Of a stretch of 64,000 bases of DNA, positions 46,668-56,601 are shown piece by piece. This DNA is from Minisyncoccota bacterium. GTDB lineage: Bacteria > Patescibacteriota > Minisyncoccia > Phycocordibacterales > UBA2100. The stretch covers positions 330,814 to 394,813 of the forward strand of contig OZ253947.1 of assembly GCA_965267345.1 (NCBI GenBank), read 5' to 3'. The notes beneath the pieces were generated by a model that searched no databases, was not told the origin of the DNA, and was given only the letters and a program-made list of their open reading frames with translations. Position numbers and translations under genes: made by a program. How positions within the stretch are numbered: position 1 is the stretch's first letter; each line of letters opens with the position of its first letter.

Positions 46668-48113
46668 ATGAAAGACGCTGAGTTGCACTTCTTCAACACG
46701 CTCACCCGCACGACGGATGTGTTCACGCCGCGCGCCGGCACCACGGTGCGTATGTATAACTGTGGACCGACGGTCTACGGCCGCTCAACAATTGGCAACC
46801 TACGCTCGTACGTTTTTGCCGATCTGATCCGTCGCACACTTGAGTACAGTGGCTACACCGTTGCTCAAGTGATCAACATCACCGATGTCGGCCACTTAAC
46901 GAGCGACGCTGATGAGGGCGAGGATAAAATGACACTCGGTCTTCAGCGCGAAGGCATGGAGCTGACACTCGAAAATATGCGCGCGCTCGGTGAACGCTAT
47001 GCTCAGAGCTTCTTCCATGATCTTGCAGCGCTCAATATTGAAACCACCGACACGCAATTTCCGCGTGCCAGTGACTACATCGATGCACAAATTGCGCTGA
47101 TTAAGACACTCGAAGAAAAAGGCTACGCGTACACCACCTCTGATGGTGTCTACTTTGAAGTGGCGCGCTTCCCGAACTACGGCGCGCTCGGCGGTATCGC
47201 CGCGTCAGACCAGCAAAGCGGCGCACGTGTGTCCGTAAATGAAGAAAAGCGCGACCCGCGCGACTTTGCACTCTGGAAACTCAATGCCGATCTTGGCTGG
47301 GACTCACCGTGGGGCACCGGCTTTCCCGGTTGGCACATTGAGTGCAGCAGCATGATTCTCAGTACGCTCGGCAAACAAATCGATATCCATACGGGTGGCA
47401 TCGACCACATTTCAATCCACCACAATAACGAGATCGCGCAATCAGAAGCGGCAACCGGTAAGTCACCGCTCGCACGTTTCTGGCTGCACAATGCATTCAT
47501 CACCATCGAAGGACGGCGCATCGGTAAATCGGTTGGCAACATGGTGTACCTCGACCAACTCGTCGATCGCGGGTACGCGCCACTCGCTTACCGCTATTGG
47601 CTATTAACTGCCCACTACGCAACACCTGCCAACTTTACGTGGGGCGCACTCGCCGGTGCACACACGAGCCTCAAACGCCTGCACCGCTACTTCGTTGACG
47701 TACTCGGCGTAACACGCACGGACGCCGCTCCTGACGCCGTATACACAAAGCGTTTCGCTGCTGCCATACGCGACAATCTCGACACTCCGAAGGCGCTCTC
47801 ACTACTCTGGGAGCTCGTCAAAGACGAGTCAATTGAACCGGCCGTTACGCGCGCCACTATCCTCGATATGGATCGTGTCTTAGGCCTCGGATTTGCACAG
47901 TCACACGACACCTTGGCGCAATTGCGGGCCGGCGACGGCACCCATCTTGCCATCTCGGATACCCCAGATGCTGTTCAGGCGCTCGTGCGCCAACGGGAAG
48001 ACGCACGCGCCGCCGGTGATTACGCACACGCCGACACGCTTCGCGAGGAAATTACCGCACACGGATTCCACGTCGACGACACCTCTAACGGCCCACAACT
48101 GAGCCGTCTGTAG
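46668..48113 (+). CDS. cysS: cysteine--tRNA ligase
   Basis: MYNCGPTVYGRSTIGNLRSY and KSVGN (KMSKS-like). The upstream in-frame extension overlapping corA is rejected. Confidence 0.9.
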   Translation: MKDAELHFFNTLTRTTDVFTPRAGTTVRMYNCGPTVYGRSTIGNLRSYVFADLIRRTLEYSGYTVAQVINITDVGHLTSDADEGEDKMTLGLQREGMELTLENMRALGERYAQSFFHDLAALNIETTDTQFPRASDYIDAQIALIKTLEEKGYAYTTSDGVYFEVARFPNYGALGGIAASDQQSGARVSVNEEKRDPRDFALWKLNADLGWDSPWGTGFPGWHIECSSMILSTLGKQIDIHTGGIDHISIHHNNEIAQSEAATGKSPLARFWLHNAFITIEGRRIGKSVGNMVYLDQLVDRGYAPLAYRYWLLTAHYATPANFTWGALAGAHTSLKRLHRYFVDVLGVTRTDAAPDAVYTKRFAAAIRDNLDTPKALSLLWELVKDESIEPAVTRATILDMDRVLGLGFAQSHDTLAQLRAGDGTHLAISDTPDAVQALVRQREDARAAGDYAHADTLREEITAHGFHVDDTSNGPQLSRL

Positions 48114-48188
48114 GTATCCCCACACAGCCCACATACTCACAGACCTGTCTACCGACCCCGTGCACGCGCTCGTGGTAGAATAGCCGCT

Positions 48189-49565
48189 ATGGCAGAAAGT
48201 CGTATACCGCCACAGGATCTGGAAGCGGAGCGCGCACTCCTTGGTGCCATCATGCTCAAGAGTAACGCCATGTACGACGTTGCTGACATCATTACGCCTG
48301 AGTCGTTCTACGCGCGTAAGCACGGTGACATATTCGAAGTCATGCTCGCGCTCTTCAACAAAGGCGAGCCGATCGACCTCGTCACCCTCTCCGGCCGACT
48401 CGAATCGCAAAAACGCCTTGAACAGATCGGCGGACGGAGCTACTTAGCTGAGCTTGCCAACGCAGCGCCGGCAGCCACCAATGCGGTCCACTATGCAAAC
48501 GTCGTTAAAGCAAAGCACATCCACCGCGAGCTTATCGATGCGGCGAATCACATCGGTGAGCTCGGCTACCAAGAAGACTCGGAAATTGAAGCGCTGCTCG
48601 ACGAGGCACAGTCGACCGTCTTTCGGATCGCCAACACCTCGACCCTCCAGAAGTTCTCGTCTATCGGTGACGAGTTGAAAGATGCATGGAAGCGCCTCGA
48701 AGCACTGCAGGAAAACAAAGATGAGCTGCGCGGTATTCATACGGGATTCAAAGAGCTCGATAGCCTCCTCGCCGGTTTGCAGAAATCTGACCTCATTATT
48801 CTTGCGGCACGTCCGTCGTTTGGTAAAACCTCGCTCGCACTTGATATCGCGCGAAAAACCGCCATTGAGCACGGTAATGCGGTCGGTCTCTTTTCTCTTG
48901 AAATGAGTGCGCAGCAGCTCACTGACCGCATGCTTGCCGCTGAAGCCGGCGTCGATTCGTGGCGCCTGCGTACTGGTAAACTCTCTTCCGACAACGAGTA
49001 CGACCAGATTCGCAACGCTATGGATCACCTCTCGACCGCGCCAATTTATATTGATGACAAAGCTGAACGAACCGTACTACAGATGCGTTCGATTGCCCGA
49101 CGCCTGAAGGCAGAGAAAGGATTGTCGCTCGTTATTGTCGACTACCTGCAACTCATTATGCCCGGCTCAACACGCAACAGCGACTCAATGGTGCAGCAGG
49201 TCACCGAAATCTCCCGCTCACTCAAAGCGATGGCCCGCGAGCTCGATGTGCCCGTTATTGCCCTATCACAGCTCTCCCGTGCAGTGGAACAGCGGCGCGA
49301 TCGCCCGCGCTTGTCGGACCTTCGTGATTCAGGTTCGATTGAACAGGACGCCGACGTAGTGATGTTTATTCATCGCGAAGACAAGATGCGCGAAGATTCC
49401 GACCGACCGAACATTGCCGACATCCTTATCGAAAAACACCGTAATGGTCCCGTTGGTAAAGTCGAATTGTACTTTGATGACAAAAAGGCCACTTTCGTTT
49501 CCGTCGAACGCAGTGACTTTGGCGATTTTGCGGCGACCACGGCTGACGCTGACGACGAATTCTAG
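48189..49565 (+). CDS. dnaB: replicative DNA helicase DnaB
   Basis: N-terminal DnaB domain plus RecA-like core (Walker A ARPSFGKTS, DYLQLI). Confidence 0.9.
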   Translation: MAESRIPPQDLEAERALLGAIMLKSNAMYDVADIITPESFYARKHGDIFEVMLALFNKGEPIDLVTLSGRLESQKRLEQIGGRSYLAELANAAPAATNAVHYANVVKAKHIHRELIDAANHIGELGYQEDSEIEALLDEAQSTVFRIANTSTLQKFSSIGDELKDAWKRLEALQENKDELRGIHTGFKELDSLLAGLQKSDLIILAARPSFGKTSLALDIARKTAIEHGNAVGLFSLEMSAQQLTDRMLAAEAGVDSWRLRTGKLSSDNEYDQIRNAMDHLSTAPIYIDDKAERTVLQMRSIARRLKAEKGLSLVIVDYLQLIMPGSTRNSDSMVQQVTEISRSLKAMARELDVPVIALSQLSRAVEQRRDRPRLSDLRDSGSIEQDADVVMFIHREDKMREDSDRPNIADILIEKHRNGPVGKVELYFDDKKATFVSVERSDFGDFAATTADADDEF

Positions 49566-49567
49566 GT

Positions 49568-50179
49568 ATGTCTGAAATTGATAAGCTGACTGAACTTTTT
49601 GTACGCTTTCCCGGTATCGGACCACGACAGGCGCGGCGCTTTGTATACTTTCTCTTGCGACAAGACGAGCGCTACCGAAGTGCTCTCACCCGCGCCATCA
49701 GCGATGTCGTCGCAGCAATACATCAGTGCGCACAGTGTATGCGCTACGCGGCACTCGACGGCACAGTCTGCGCCATTTGCGCTGATCCGAACCGTGACCG
49801 CACCCAGCTGCTTATTGTGGAGAAAGATACCGATGTTGATTCTATTGAAAAAAGCGGTTCCTACCATGGGCAGTACTTTGTGTTAGGTGGTGCGCTGTCG
49901 CTGACACAAACACGCACACAACCCGTGATCCGCGAGCGCGAACTGCTACAGCAGTGCACCACCCACGCTACTGAGTTGCAGGAAATCATTCTGGCGCTAT
50001 CAGCAACCCCTAACGGTGAACACACAACCGAACACCTCAGTGGCGTGCTTGGTGCCCAATCTGAACTTGCGAACGTATCGCTGACGGTACTCGGACGCGG
50101 CCTCTCCACCGGCTCGGAACTTGAGTACGCAGATCCGCGCACGCTCTCAAGCGCCCTCACGAATCGTACGCGCACGTAA
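49568..50179 (+). CDS. recR: recombination protein RecR
   Basis: HhH, C4 zinc finger (CAQCMRYAALDGTVCAIC) and Toprim. Confidence 0.9.
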   Translation: MSEIDKLTELFVRFPGIGPRQARRFVYFLLRQDERYRSALTRAISDVVAAIHQCAQCMRYAALDGTVCAICADPNRDRTQLLIVEKDTDVDSIEKSGSYHGQYFVLGGALSLTQTRTQPVIRERELLQQCTTHATELQEIILALSATPNGEHTTEHLSGVLGAQSELANVSLTVLGRGLSTGSELEYADPRTLSSALTNRTRT

Positions 50180-50182
50180 AAA

Positions 50183-50210
50183 CCCTCGGTGTCTCCGAGG
50201 GTGTTTTTTT
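50183..50210. terminator. intrinsic terminator CCCTCGG-TGTCT-CCGAGGG + T7 (serves recR, and likely rplU on the opposite strand)
   Basis: 7-bp GC stem followed by a T-run. Confidence 0.6.
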
Positions 50211-50211
50211 G

Positions 50212-50652
50212 CTAGGCAATCGCGGTGATGCGCACGCGTGTGTACGGCTGTCGATGCCCGCGATTTTTGAAGTAGCGACTCTTCGCACGGAAGCGAATCA
50301 CTGACACCTTTTTGCCGCGACCCTCTTCCACACACTCAGCTGACACTTTTGCGCCGGCAACAGTTGGTGTGCCGACTTTCGTGGTCGTGCCGTCGTCAAC
50401 GAGCAGTACCTCCTTGAATTCGATTTTTGCGCCCTCTTTTCGCTCTCCTGCAAGCTTTTCAATGTTGATGGTGTCCCCCTCGCGGACAATGTACTGCTTA
50501 CCACCTGTAGCAATAATGGCAAGCGCACCGCTTTTCTTTTCAGCCGTTTTCTTTGACGGTGTTTTTTTAGCAGCACTCTTCTTCGCCGGCGCCTTTTTTG
50601 CCGCTGTTTTCGGTGTTGCCTTTTTCGCTGTGGCCTTCTTTGCTTCTGCCAT
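50212..50652 (-). CDS. rplU: 50S ribosomal protein L21 with N-terminal Lys/Ala-rich (histone H1-like) extension
   Basis: The C-terminal 100 aa are the L21 fold (YAIIATGGKQYIV...). The N-terminal 45 aa are AKKA/TPKK repeats. Confidence 0.8.
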   Translation of the reverse strand: MAEAKKATAKKATPKTAAKKAPAKKSAAKKTPSKKTAEKKSGALAIIATGGKQYIVREGDTINIEKLAGERKEGAKIEFKEVLLVDDGTTTKVGTPTVAGAKVSAECVEEGRGKKVSVIRFRAKSRYFKNRGHRQPYTRVRITAIA

Positions 50653-50690
50653 AGTTGGGAAATAGTAGCAAAAAAGCCCTAAAACGCAAG

Positions 50691-51788
50691 TTATTCGTCG
50701 TCCCTCACGGGTCGCTCGAGCTCCAGTGGCGCGATATCGGCACTTTCACCGGTAATGCGCACCACGTCTTTATCGATCTTTTTCAACTCGCCTTGCGCCG
50801 CATTATAGTGCCCAACCGTCACGCCGAGCGAATTACCCAACTTTTTGAAGTACTCATCGTACGCTGACATGTGCCGCCGCAAGTCTTCGATGCGCTTTCC
50901 AATCAATTTTGCCGACTCTTCAATTTTAAAGGCGTTAAAGCCGTACAAGACCGACTGCAGGTATGCAGCAAACGTTGTCGGCGACACGATGATGACATTC
51001 TTGTCTTTGTAGGCATAGTCGATGAGCGAACGCGTATTCACTTTGACCGAGCCGACTTCGTTTACCAGCAGGTCGTAGTAAATCGCTTCGGCAGGAATGT
51101 ACATAAAGGCAAAGGGTAGAGTGTTTTCCTTCGGGCGAATATACTTCGCCGTCTCATCAATGCGCTTTTTAAGATCGTTTTTAAACTCTTTCTCGAGATC
51201 AGCGCGCTCCTCGTCCGGTGCATCAACCAGCCGGCGGTAGTTATCGAGCGAGAACTTTGCATCAACGGGGATAATACCGTCGCGCGTGATGATAGCAGCA
51301 TCAACAGCGTTGCCATCTTCGAAACGATACTGGAGTTTGTACGCCGTTGCCGGCAGCATATTCTCCAAAGCGAGCTGCAGTGATGCCTCGCCGAGGTTAC
51401 CGCGCTGCTTTTGGTGCTTGAGTACCTTTTCGAGATTTTGCAGCTGCTCGGCAACGGTAAATACCTGTTTCGATGATTCAGAGACTTCACTCACCCCTTT
51501 CACCACATTCTGCAATTGCTCATTGACGGAGCGGTTAATTTCGTTGATTAGCTTTTGCGATTCGCTAAATTGCGTCTTCACTGACTCATGCATTGAATGC
51601 GTGGTCTCCCCCATACGCTTATCAAGCGTTGCGCGTAGCTCTTGAATCTCGCGTTGCATCAGCAGCATACTCTGCGAGTCGCCACTCTCGCTGCCACGGC
51701 GCCATATCAGCACCAACATCGCGAGAATAGCTGCAAAAAGTGCGACAATAATGCCGATACCAACGGTCATTGTATCCATAGCGGTCAT
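50691..51788 (-). CDS. rmuC: DNA recombination protein RmuC
   Basis: N-terminal TM, coiled coil, and C-terminal RmuC nuclease-like domain. Confidence 0.75.
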   Translation of the reverse strand: MTAMDTMTVGIGIIVALFAAILAMLVLIWRRGSESGDSQSMLLMQREIQELRATLDKRMGETTHSMHESVKTQFSESQKLINEINRSVNEQLQNVVKGVSEVSESSKQVFTVAEQLQNLEKVLKHQKQRGNLGEASLQLALENMLPATAYKLQYRFEDGNAVDAAIITRDGIIPVDAKFSLDNYRRLVDAPDEERADLEKEFKNDLKKRIDETAKYIRPKENTLPFAFMYIPAEAIYYDLLVNEVGSVKVNTRSLIDYAYKDKNVIIVSPTTFAAYLQSVLYGFNAFKIEESAKLIGKRIEDLRRHMSAYDEYFKKLGNSLGVTVGHYNAAQGELKKIDKDVVRITGESADIAPLELERPVRDDE

Positions 51789-51792
51789 TGTA

Positions 51793-54459
51793 TCACGACT
51801 GCAGGCGGCGGCGATTAACGAGGAATTTTACCGTTTCGACGAGGGTGAGATTTACTATACCAAAAATCACCAGTAGGCCGACTTCGCCCCAGGTCATCGG
51901 CTCAAGCGACAAGAGTGTTACCAGCGGCGCAAAAGTCAACGCAGCAAGGAGAAGCGCAAAGCTGGCCACAAGCGCGGCGAGGAGGTAGCGGTTTGAAAAG
52001 AGTTGAATGCGCCATATGGGTTCGTGTAGATTCTTGAATGAAAAGGCGAAGAACATCGAGCCGATTGACAGGGCGACAAACATCACCGTGCGTATCTCTT
52101 CGATGGGGGTGTGCGCCCATGAGAGCAGTAAAAAGAGGCCGAACAGTAGTAATCCCGTAATACCGCTGACGATGAGGATCAACCAGCGTACGCTGCTGGT
52201 CATAATGCGATTAATGCCGCTGCGTTGCGGCTGTGTTGTCATGGCGTCTTTCTCACGTGGCTCAAATGCAAATGGAAAACTCATAAAACCTTCTTGTACA
52301 AGGTTCGCCCAGAGAATCTGTGTGGGAAGCAACGGCACAGGCGAGCCAATTGCCAGCGCACCACTAATGACGACAATTTCGCTAAAACCCGTCGAGAGTA
52401 AGAATGCAACAATTTTACGCAGGTTTGCAATGATGCGACGTCCCTCGGCAATAGCGGTAGTAATAACGGAAAAGCTATTCTCAATGAGAATCACGTCGGC
52501 TGCTGCCTTGGCGACATCAGTACCACTGCCAACAGCAACGCCAATGTCTGCAGCGGCAAGTGCCGGCGCGTCGTTCACCCCATCACCCGTCATCGCCACT
52601 ACTTCCCCGCTGTTACGCAACACATGCGCCATGCGCAGCTTTTGTTCCGGCAGTACACGTGCAACAATGCTGTGTTTCTGGAGTGCTTTGAGAAGCTGCT
52701 CGTCATCATACTGCGAAATATCCGCGCCAGTGAGAATTGGTGCGTCCTGCTTAGTGACAATACCAACTTCGTACGCAATCGCCCGCGCCGTTTCGGGATA
52801 GTCGCCGGTTGCCATAATCACACGTGCACCCGCCTGCTGTGTTACCGCAATGGATTCGGCAACATCGGGACGAACAGCGTCGGCAAATGCCAACAGCCCG
52901 ACAAAGACAAATTCCTGTGCCCCTTCCGCCTCCTTGAGCTTCTCAGGGACTGCCGCTTCAGTCGTGCGCATGTACGCAATAGCAGTAAAGCGCATGCCTT
53001 CAGCTGAGATATCCTTTTGTGTTTTGGCAATGCGCTCACGCATCTCGTCGGTGAGTTTGCGCTCACGTCCGTCATAAAAAAATTTCTGTGACCGTGCAAG
53101 AAGGTACTCGGGTGAGCCAGAAAAGTATAGTCGATTCCCTCGTTGGGGCGACTCATTAAGTGAGATCGCAAAACGACGACGCGTTTCAAACTGCACGAGC
53201 TGCAACCGCTCATTGCCGTTTGCAAAAAGCTCCTTTTGCGATAGGCCGGCTTCAAGGCCGGCTTCGATAATCGCCTTTTCGAGCGGTCGCCCCTGCACAA
53301 TAAGCGTGCCAGTTTCTTTCGGATCTTCCTCAATAAATGCATCTGATGCCAGCACGGCCATTTTAAGCAGTTCGCGGTTATCGCCTTCCGGTTCAGTCTG
53401 TTCATTCTCAATGCCTTGCGCCGTATAAAAATTGCTCAATATCATGCGCCCTTGGGTGAGCGTTCCGGTTTTGTCGGTAAGCACCACCGTCGTCGAGCCG
53501 AGTGTCTCGGCTGCGAGGAGACTCTTCACCAGACCGCCTTTGCGGAGAATGGCTTCCATTCCTAGCGCCAAGACCACGGTGACAGCTGCCGGTAGCCCTC
53601 CAGGCATTGCCGCAACGGCAACGGCAATCGCCAGCAGCAGCATTGCTGCCAATGACTCACCGCGAAGTATGCCAAAGACCACAATCACGACAATGGCAAT
53701 GAAAATGACACCGATGAGGAAATGAGCGAGTCGCCGAATACTCTTCTGCAGTGGCGTCAGGGCGTCGAGTTCCCGATTCGTTTTTTCGGCGATTTGCCCA
53801 AAGCGCGCCTCTTGTCCAACCGCAGTGACCACCGCCGTTCCTGTCCCTTCCGCAACGAGCGTTCCCATCCAGACCATGTTCGTCTGCTCCGATGCCGGCA
53901 GCGCGCGACCAAGCGCTTTCGCTTCTTTTTTCACCGGCAACCACTCACCGGTGAGTGCCGCTTCATTGTTACTGAGCTCGTCTGCGGTCAGTACCCGTGC
54001 GTCAGCCGGCACCACACCGCCGGTTGTTAGCACAATAATGTCGCCGACCACGACTTCATCAGTGGGAATCATCTGTCGCTTACCGTCACGAAGCACGGTT
54101 GCAAACTCTTCCTGCGACTGTGCGAGTACATCGAAAATGCGGGCCGCTTTTCCCTCCTGCAGCACACCAACGACAACGTTTATTACCAGCGCGATGGCAA
54201 TAACGACGGCATCAAGGTATTCGTGCAGGAAGAGCGTAGCAACACCTGCACCAATGAAGACAATCGAAAGCGGGCTTTTGAGTTGCCCGTAAATCGAGCG
54301 TAGAATGCGAAATCGCTCTTCTTTCGGCAATGCATTGCGGCCGTACTGTGTCCGCTTTTTTTCAACGCGCGCCGACGAGAGACCGCTACGGCCGTCCGTC
54401 CCCAGTACGGCAAGTGCTTTCTCGGCTGGGTAGCTATGCCACGGATGTGTGTCTGTCAT
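51793..54459 (-). CDS. P-type cation-transporting ATPase (P2-type, Ca2+/Mg2+-like)
   Basis: DKTGTLT phosphorylation site, TGDGVNDAPAL hinge motif, and about 10 TM helices. Confidence 0.85.
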   Translation of the reverse strand: MTDTHPWHSYPAEKALAVLGTDGRSGLSSARVEKKRTQYGRNALPKEERFRILRSIYGQLKSPLSIVFIGAGVATLFLHEYLDAVVIAIALVINVVVGVLQEGKAARIFDVLAQSQEEFATVLRDGKRQMIPTDEVVVGDIIVLTTGGVVPADARVLTADELSNNEAALTGEWLPVKKEAKALGRALPASEQTNMVWMGTLVAEGTGTAVVTAVGQEARFGQIAEKTNRELDALTPLQKSIRRLAHFLIGVIFIAIVVIVVFGILRGESLAAMLLLAIAVAVAAMPGGLPAAVTVVLALGMEAILRKGGLVKSLLAAETLGSTTVVLTDKTGTLTQGRMILSNFYTAQGIENEQTEPEGDNRELLKMAVLASDAFIEEDPKETGTLIVQGRPLEKAIIEAGLEAGLSQKELFANGNERLQLVQFETRRRFAISLNESPQRGNRLYFSGSPEYLLARSQKFFYDGRERKLTDEMRERIAKTQKDISAEGMRFTAIAYMRTTEAAVPEKLKEAEGAQEFVFVGLLAFADAVRPDVAESIAVTQQAGARVIMATGDYPETARAIAYEVGIVTKQDAPILTGADISQYDDEQLLKALQKHSIVARVLPEQKLRMAHVLRNSGEVVAMTGDGVNDAPALAAADIGVAVGSGTDVAKAAADVILIENSFSVITTAIAEGRRIIANLRKIVAFLLSTGFSEIVVISGALAIGSPVPLLPTQILWANLVQEGFMSFPFAFEPREKDAMTTQPQRSGINRIMTSSVRWLILIVSGITGLLLFGLFLLLSWAHTPIEEIRTVMFVALSIGSMFFAFSFKNLHEPIWRIQLFSNRYLLAALVASFALLLAALTFAPLVTLLSLEPMTWGEVGLLVIFGIVNLTLVETVKFLVNRRRLQS

Positions 54460-54514
54460 TGCTCTGTATTGTACCGCATTACGCAGTCACACCGAGATGC
54501 TATAATGCACACCT

Positions 54515-54967
54515 ATGCTTCATACGACCATTAAAGACGATATGCGTACAGCACTGAAAGCACGCGACGAGGTGCGCCTCACCACACTGCGCAGCCTCCT
54601 GTCAGCGTTTACTAATGAACTGGTGGCGAATAAACACAAACCCGACGAAGTGCTCGATGACGACGCAGCGACGGCGGTGATTAAACGAGCGGTTAAGCAG
54701 CGACGTGACTCAATTGAGCAATTTGAATCAGGCGGCCGTGCAGATTTAGCAGAGAGAGAAAAAGCCGAGCTCGCCGTACTTGAAGACTACCTGCCTGCCC
54801 AAGCCTCACGTGAAGACATCGTGCGTGTCGCGCGCACGAAAATGGATGAACTGGGCACTATTGACCCGAGCAAGAAAGGGATCCTCGTTGGTGCGGTCAT
54901 GAAGGAGCTCCACGGAGATGCAGACGGAGCGCTTGTAAAAGCAGTGGTGGACGAGATGGTGCAGTAG
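54515..54967 (+). CDS. yqeY: GatB/YqeY domain protein
   Basis: Small helical protein with the YqeY pattern (MRTALKARDEVRLTTLRSLLSAF). Confidence 0.7.
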   Translation: MLHTTIKDDMRTALKARDEVRLTTLRSLLSAFTNELVANKHKPDEVLDDDAATAVIKRAVKQRRDSIEQFESGGRADLAEREKAELAVLEDYLPAQASREDIVRVARTKMDELGTIDPSKKGILVGAVMKELHGDADGALVKAVVDEMVQ

Positions 54968-55034
54968 CTACTTGACGCACCCCAAATGTCGGCGTACTCT
55001 CCACTATGTCGTTAACCCCACACAAGGAGGAACA

Positions 55035-55251
55035 CGTGGGTAAGAAGAGCGGGAAAGGTAGCCGGCAACGCGCACGAGCGCAGTTGAAACAGCGCGTGAG
55101 GAGTAACAACATCACTCGCCTCATCGACGGCGACGTTGCGACGCATGCCGTTTCTTCTGGGTGCTACCCTGGGGAGACCGAGCATCGTATGGCAAACGTC
55201 ATCGTCGAGCGCAAAAGACGCCACGCCGGCAAGCCGCATCACGCACAATGA
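55035..55251 (+). CDS. hypothetical small basic protein (72 aa, GTG start)
   Basis: AAGGAGG ribosome-binding site 5 nt upstream of GTG. Followed by the GGGGCGGAAG...CTTCCGCCC+TTTT terminator at 55257-55295. Confidence 0.35.
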
Positions 55252-55305
55252 CGACAGGGGCGGAAGTACTGCACACGCAGAGCTTCCGCCCTTTTCATAT
55301 GGTAG

Positions 55306-56481
55306 CTAGTAGAGCGACACTTTCTTATTCAAAACGAGCATAAACAGTGCAACTGTTGCCGCAATGACGAAAACGATGCGAATATCAACGAGTGATGCAA
55401 GGGCAAAAATGACTAAGAGCATCGCCACTCGTCCGAGTGAGAGCGCCATCTCTTTGAGGGCTGTGTACTCATCAACATAGCGCCCGTTGTCTGCAGACTG
55501 CTCATACGTCACCGCATCAAATGAAAGTGTATTCACGGTCCGGCCGGCGTTATGATAGCTGTCGGCGGCCATCACCTGAAATGGTGTCTGCACAAATATT
55601 TTACTGATCCACCCCGTCGTTGCCATGAGCACACCAACCATGAGCACGCGTTCGTGGCTCCACCGGTCAAAGAGCTCTCCGATGAGCCAGCGCAGCGCAA
55701 CAACCACCACAATTGTCAGTGACGCAATCAATCCCAGTACTGTGTAGCGCTCATCAAGCAACATGAAGACGTACACCGGCCAGAAGAACAGTGTCACAGC
55801 CCCTTGCGCGCCATTTGAGGCGTGCGCTAAAAACAATGCGCGGTTGCGTCGTGCAAACAAGTGCTTGAAGGTTTCAATGTAGCGCCAACTATATTGTTCA
55901 AACGTGGTGTTGAGAAACCACAATGGCGCCATCGAAATGAGCATAATGCAGATTGAGATAAGAAAGACGGTGCTGAAGCCAAAGGCGGTGATGATGACGC
56001 CGCCAGCCAGCGGAACGAGCACCAAGATCACGCTGGCAATGTTCCCCAAAATAGCCAATTGCCGCCCGCGCATGGTCTTGTCGAGAGCATGCGAGAGATC
56101 AACGTGGTACGGTACCCAGTAGAGAGTGCGGTGAATTGCATTCGTAATGACGTAGGCCACTGCCGCAATTGCGGGGTGAAGCGGGAAAAAGTACAATGCC
56201 ATAATTGAAACGAGCCCAAAACACATACCGAGCATGATCATTTTTCGTGTCCCGATGCGTGAGAGAATTTGCACACCGACGGGGATAAAAAGCATGTAGA
56301 GCGCGTACAGTGCAATGAAAATTGCCAGTACGACTTCGAGATCGTAGTTAAACTCCTTGTAGAAAAAAATGGGAAGAAAGACACCAAGCACACCGAGTGA
56401 AATGCGCATGAGTGTGCGGTTACCAAAGAGCGCGATGAGATCGCGAGAAAAATGGGTCTTTACGTATGCCGCATTGACCAT
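55306..56481 (-). CDS. MFS-type transporter (about 12 TM)
   Basis: Polytopic membrane protein. Start uncertain (56481 or 56511). Lies divergent to miaA. Confidence 0.6.
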   Translation of the reverse strand: MVNAAYVKTHFSRDLIALFGNRTLMRISLGVLGVFLPIFFYKEFNYDLEVVLAIFIALYALYMLFIPVGVQILSRIGTRKMIMLGMCFGLVSIMALYFFPLHPAIAAVAYVITNAIHRTLYWVPYHVDLSHALDKTMRGRQLAILGNIASVILVLVPLAGGVIITAFGFSTVFLISICIMLISMAPLWFLNTTFEQYSWRYIETFKHLFARRNRALFLAHASNGAQGAVTLFFWPVYVFMLLDERYTVLGLIASLTIVVVVALRWLIGELFDRWSHERVLMVGVLMATTGWISKIFVQTPFQVMAADSYHNAGRTVNTLSFDAVTYEQSADNGRYVDEYTALKEMALSLGRVAMLLVIFALASLVDIRIVFVIAATVALFMLVLNKKVSLY

Positions 56482-56601
56482 TTTTTCAACATTCTCCTCC
56501 AAGGTACGCATACGTTGCTCAATTATACGCGACAAGCGGCTGTGACGCCCGCGCGGCAATACACACTTGCACTTGCGAGCGCACGTGCGCATGATGTGCA
56601 C

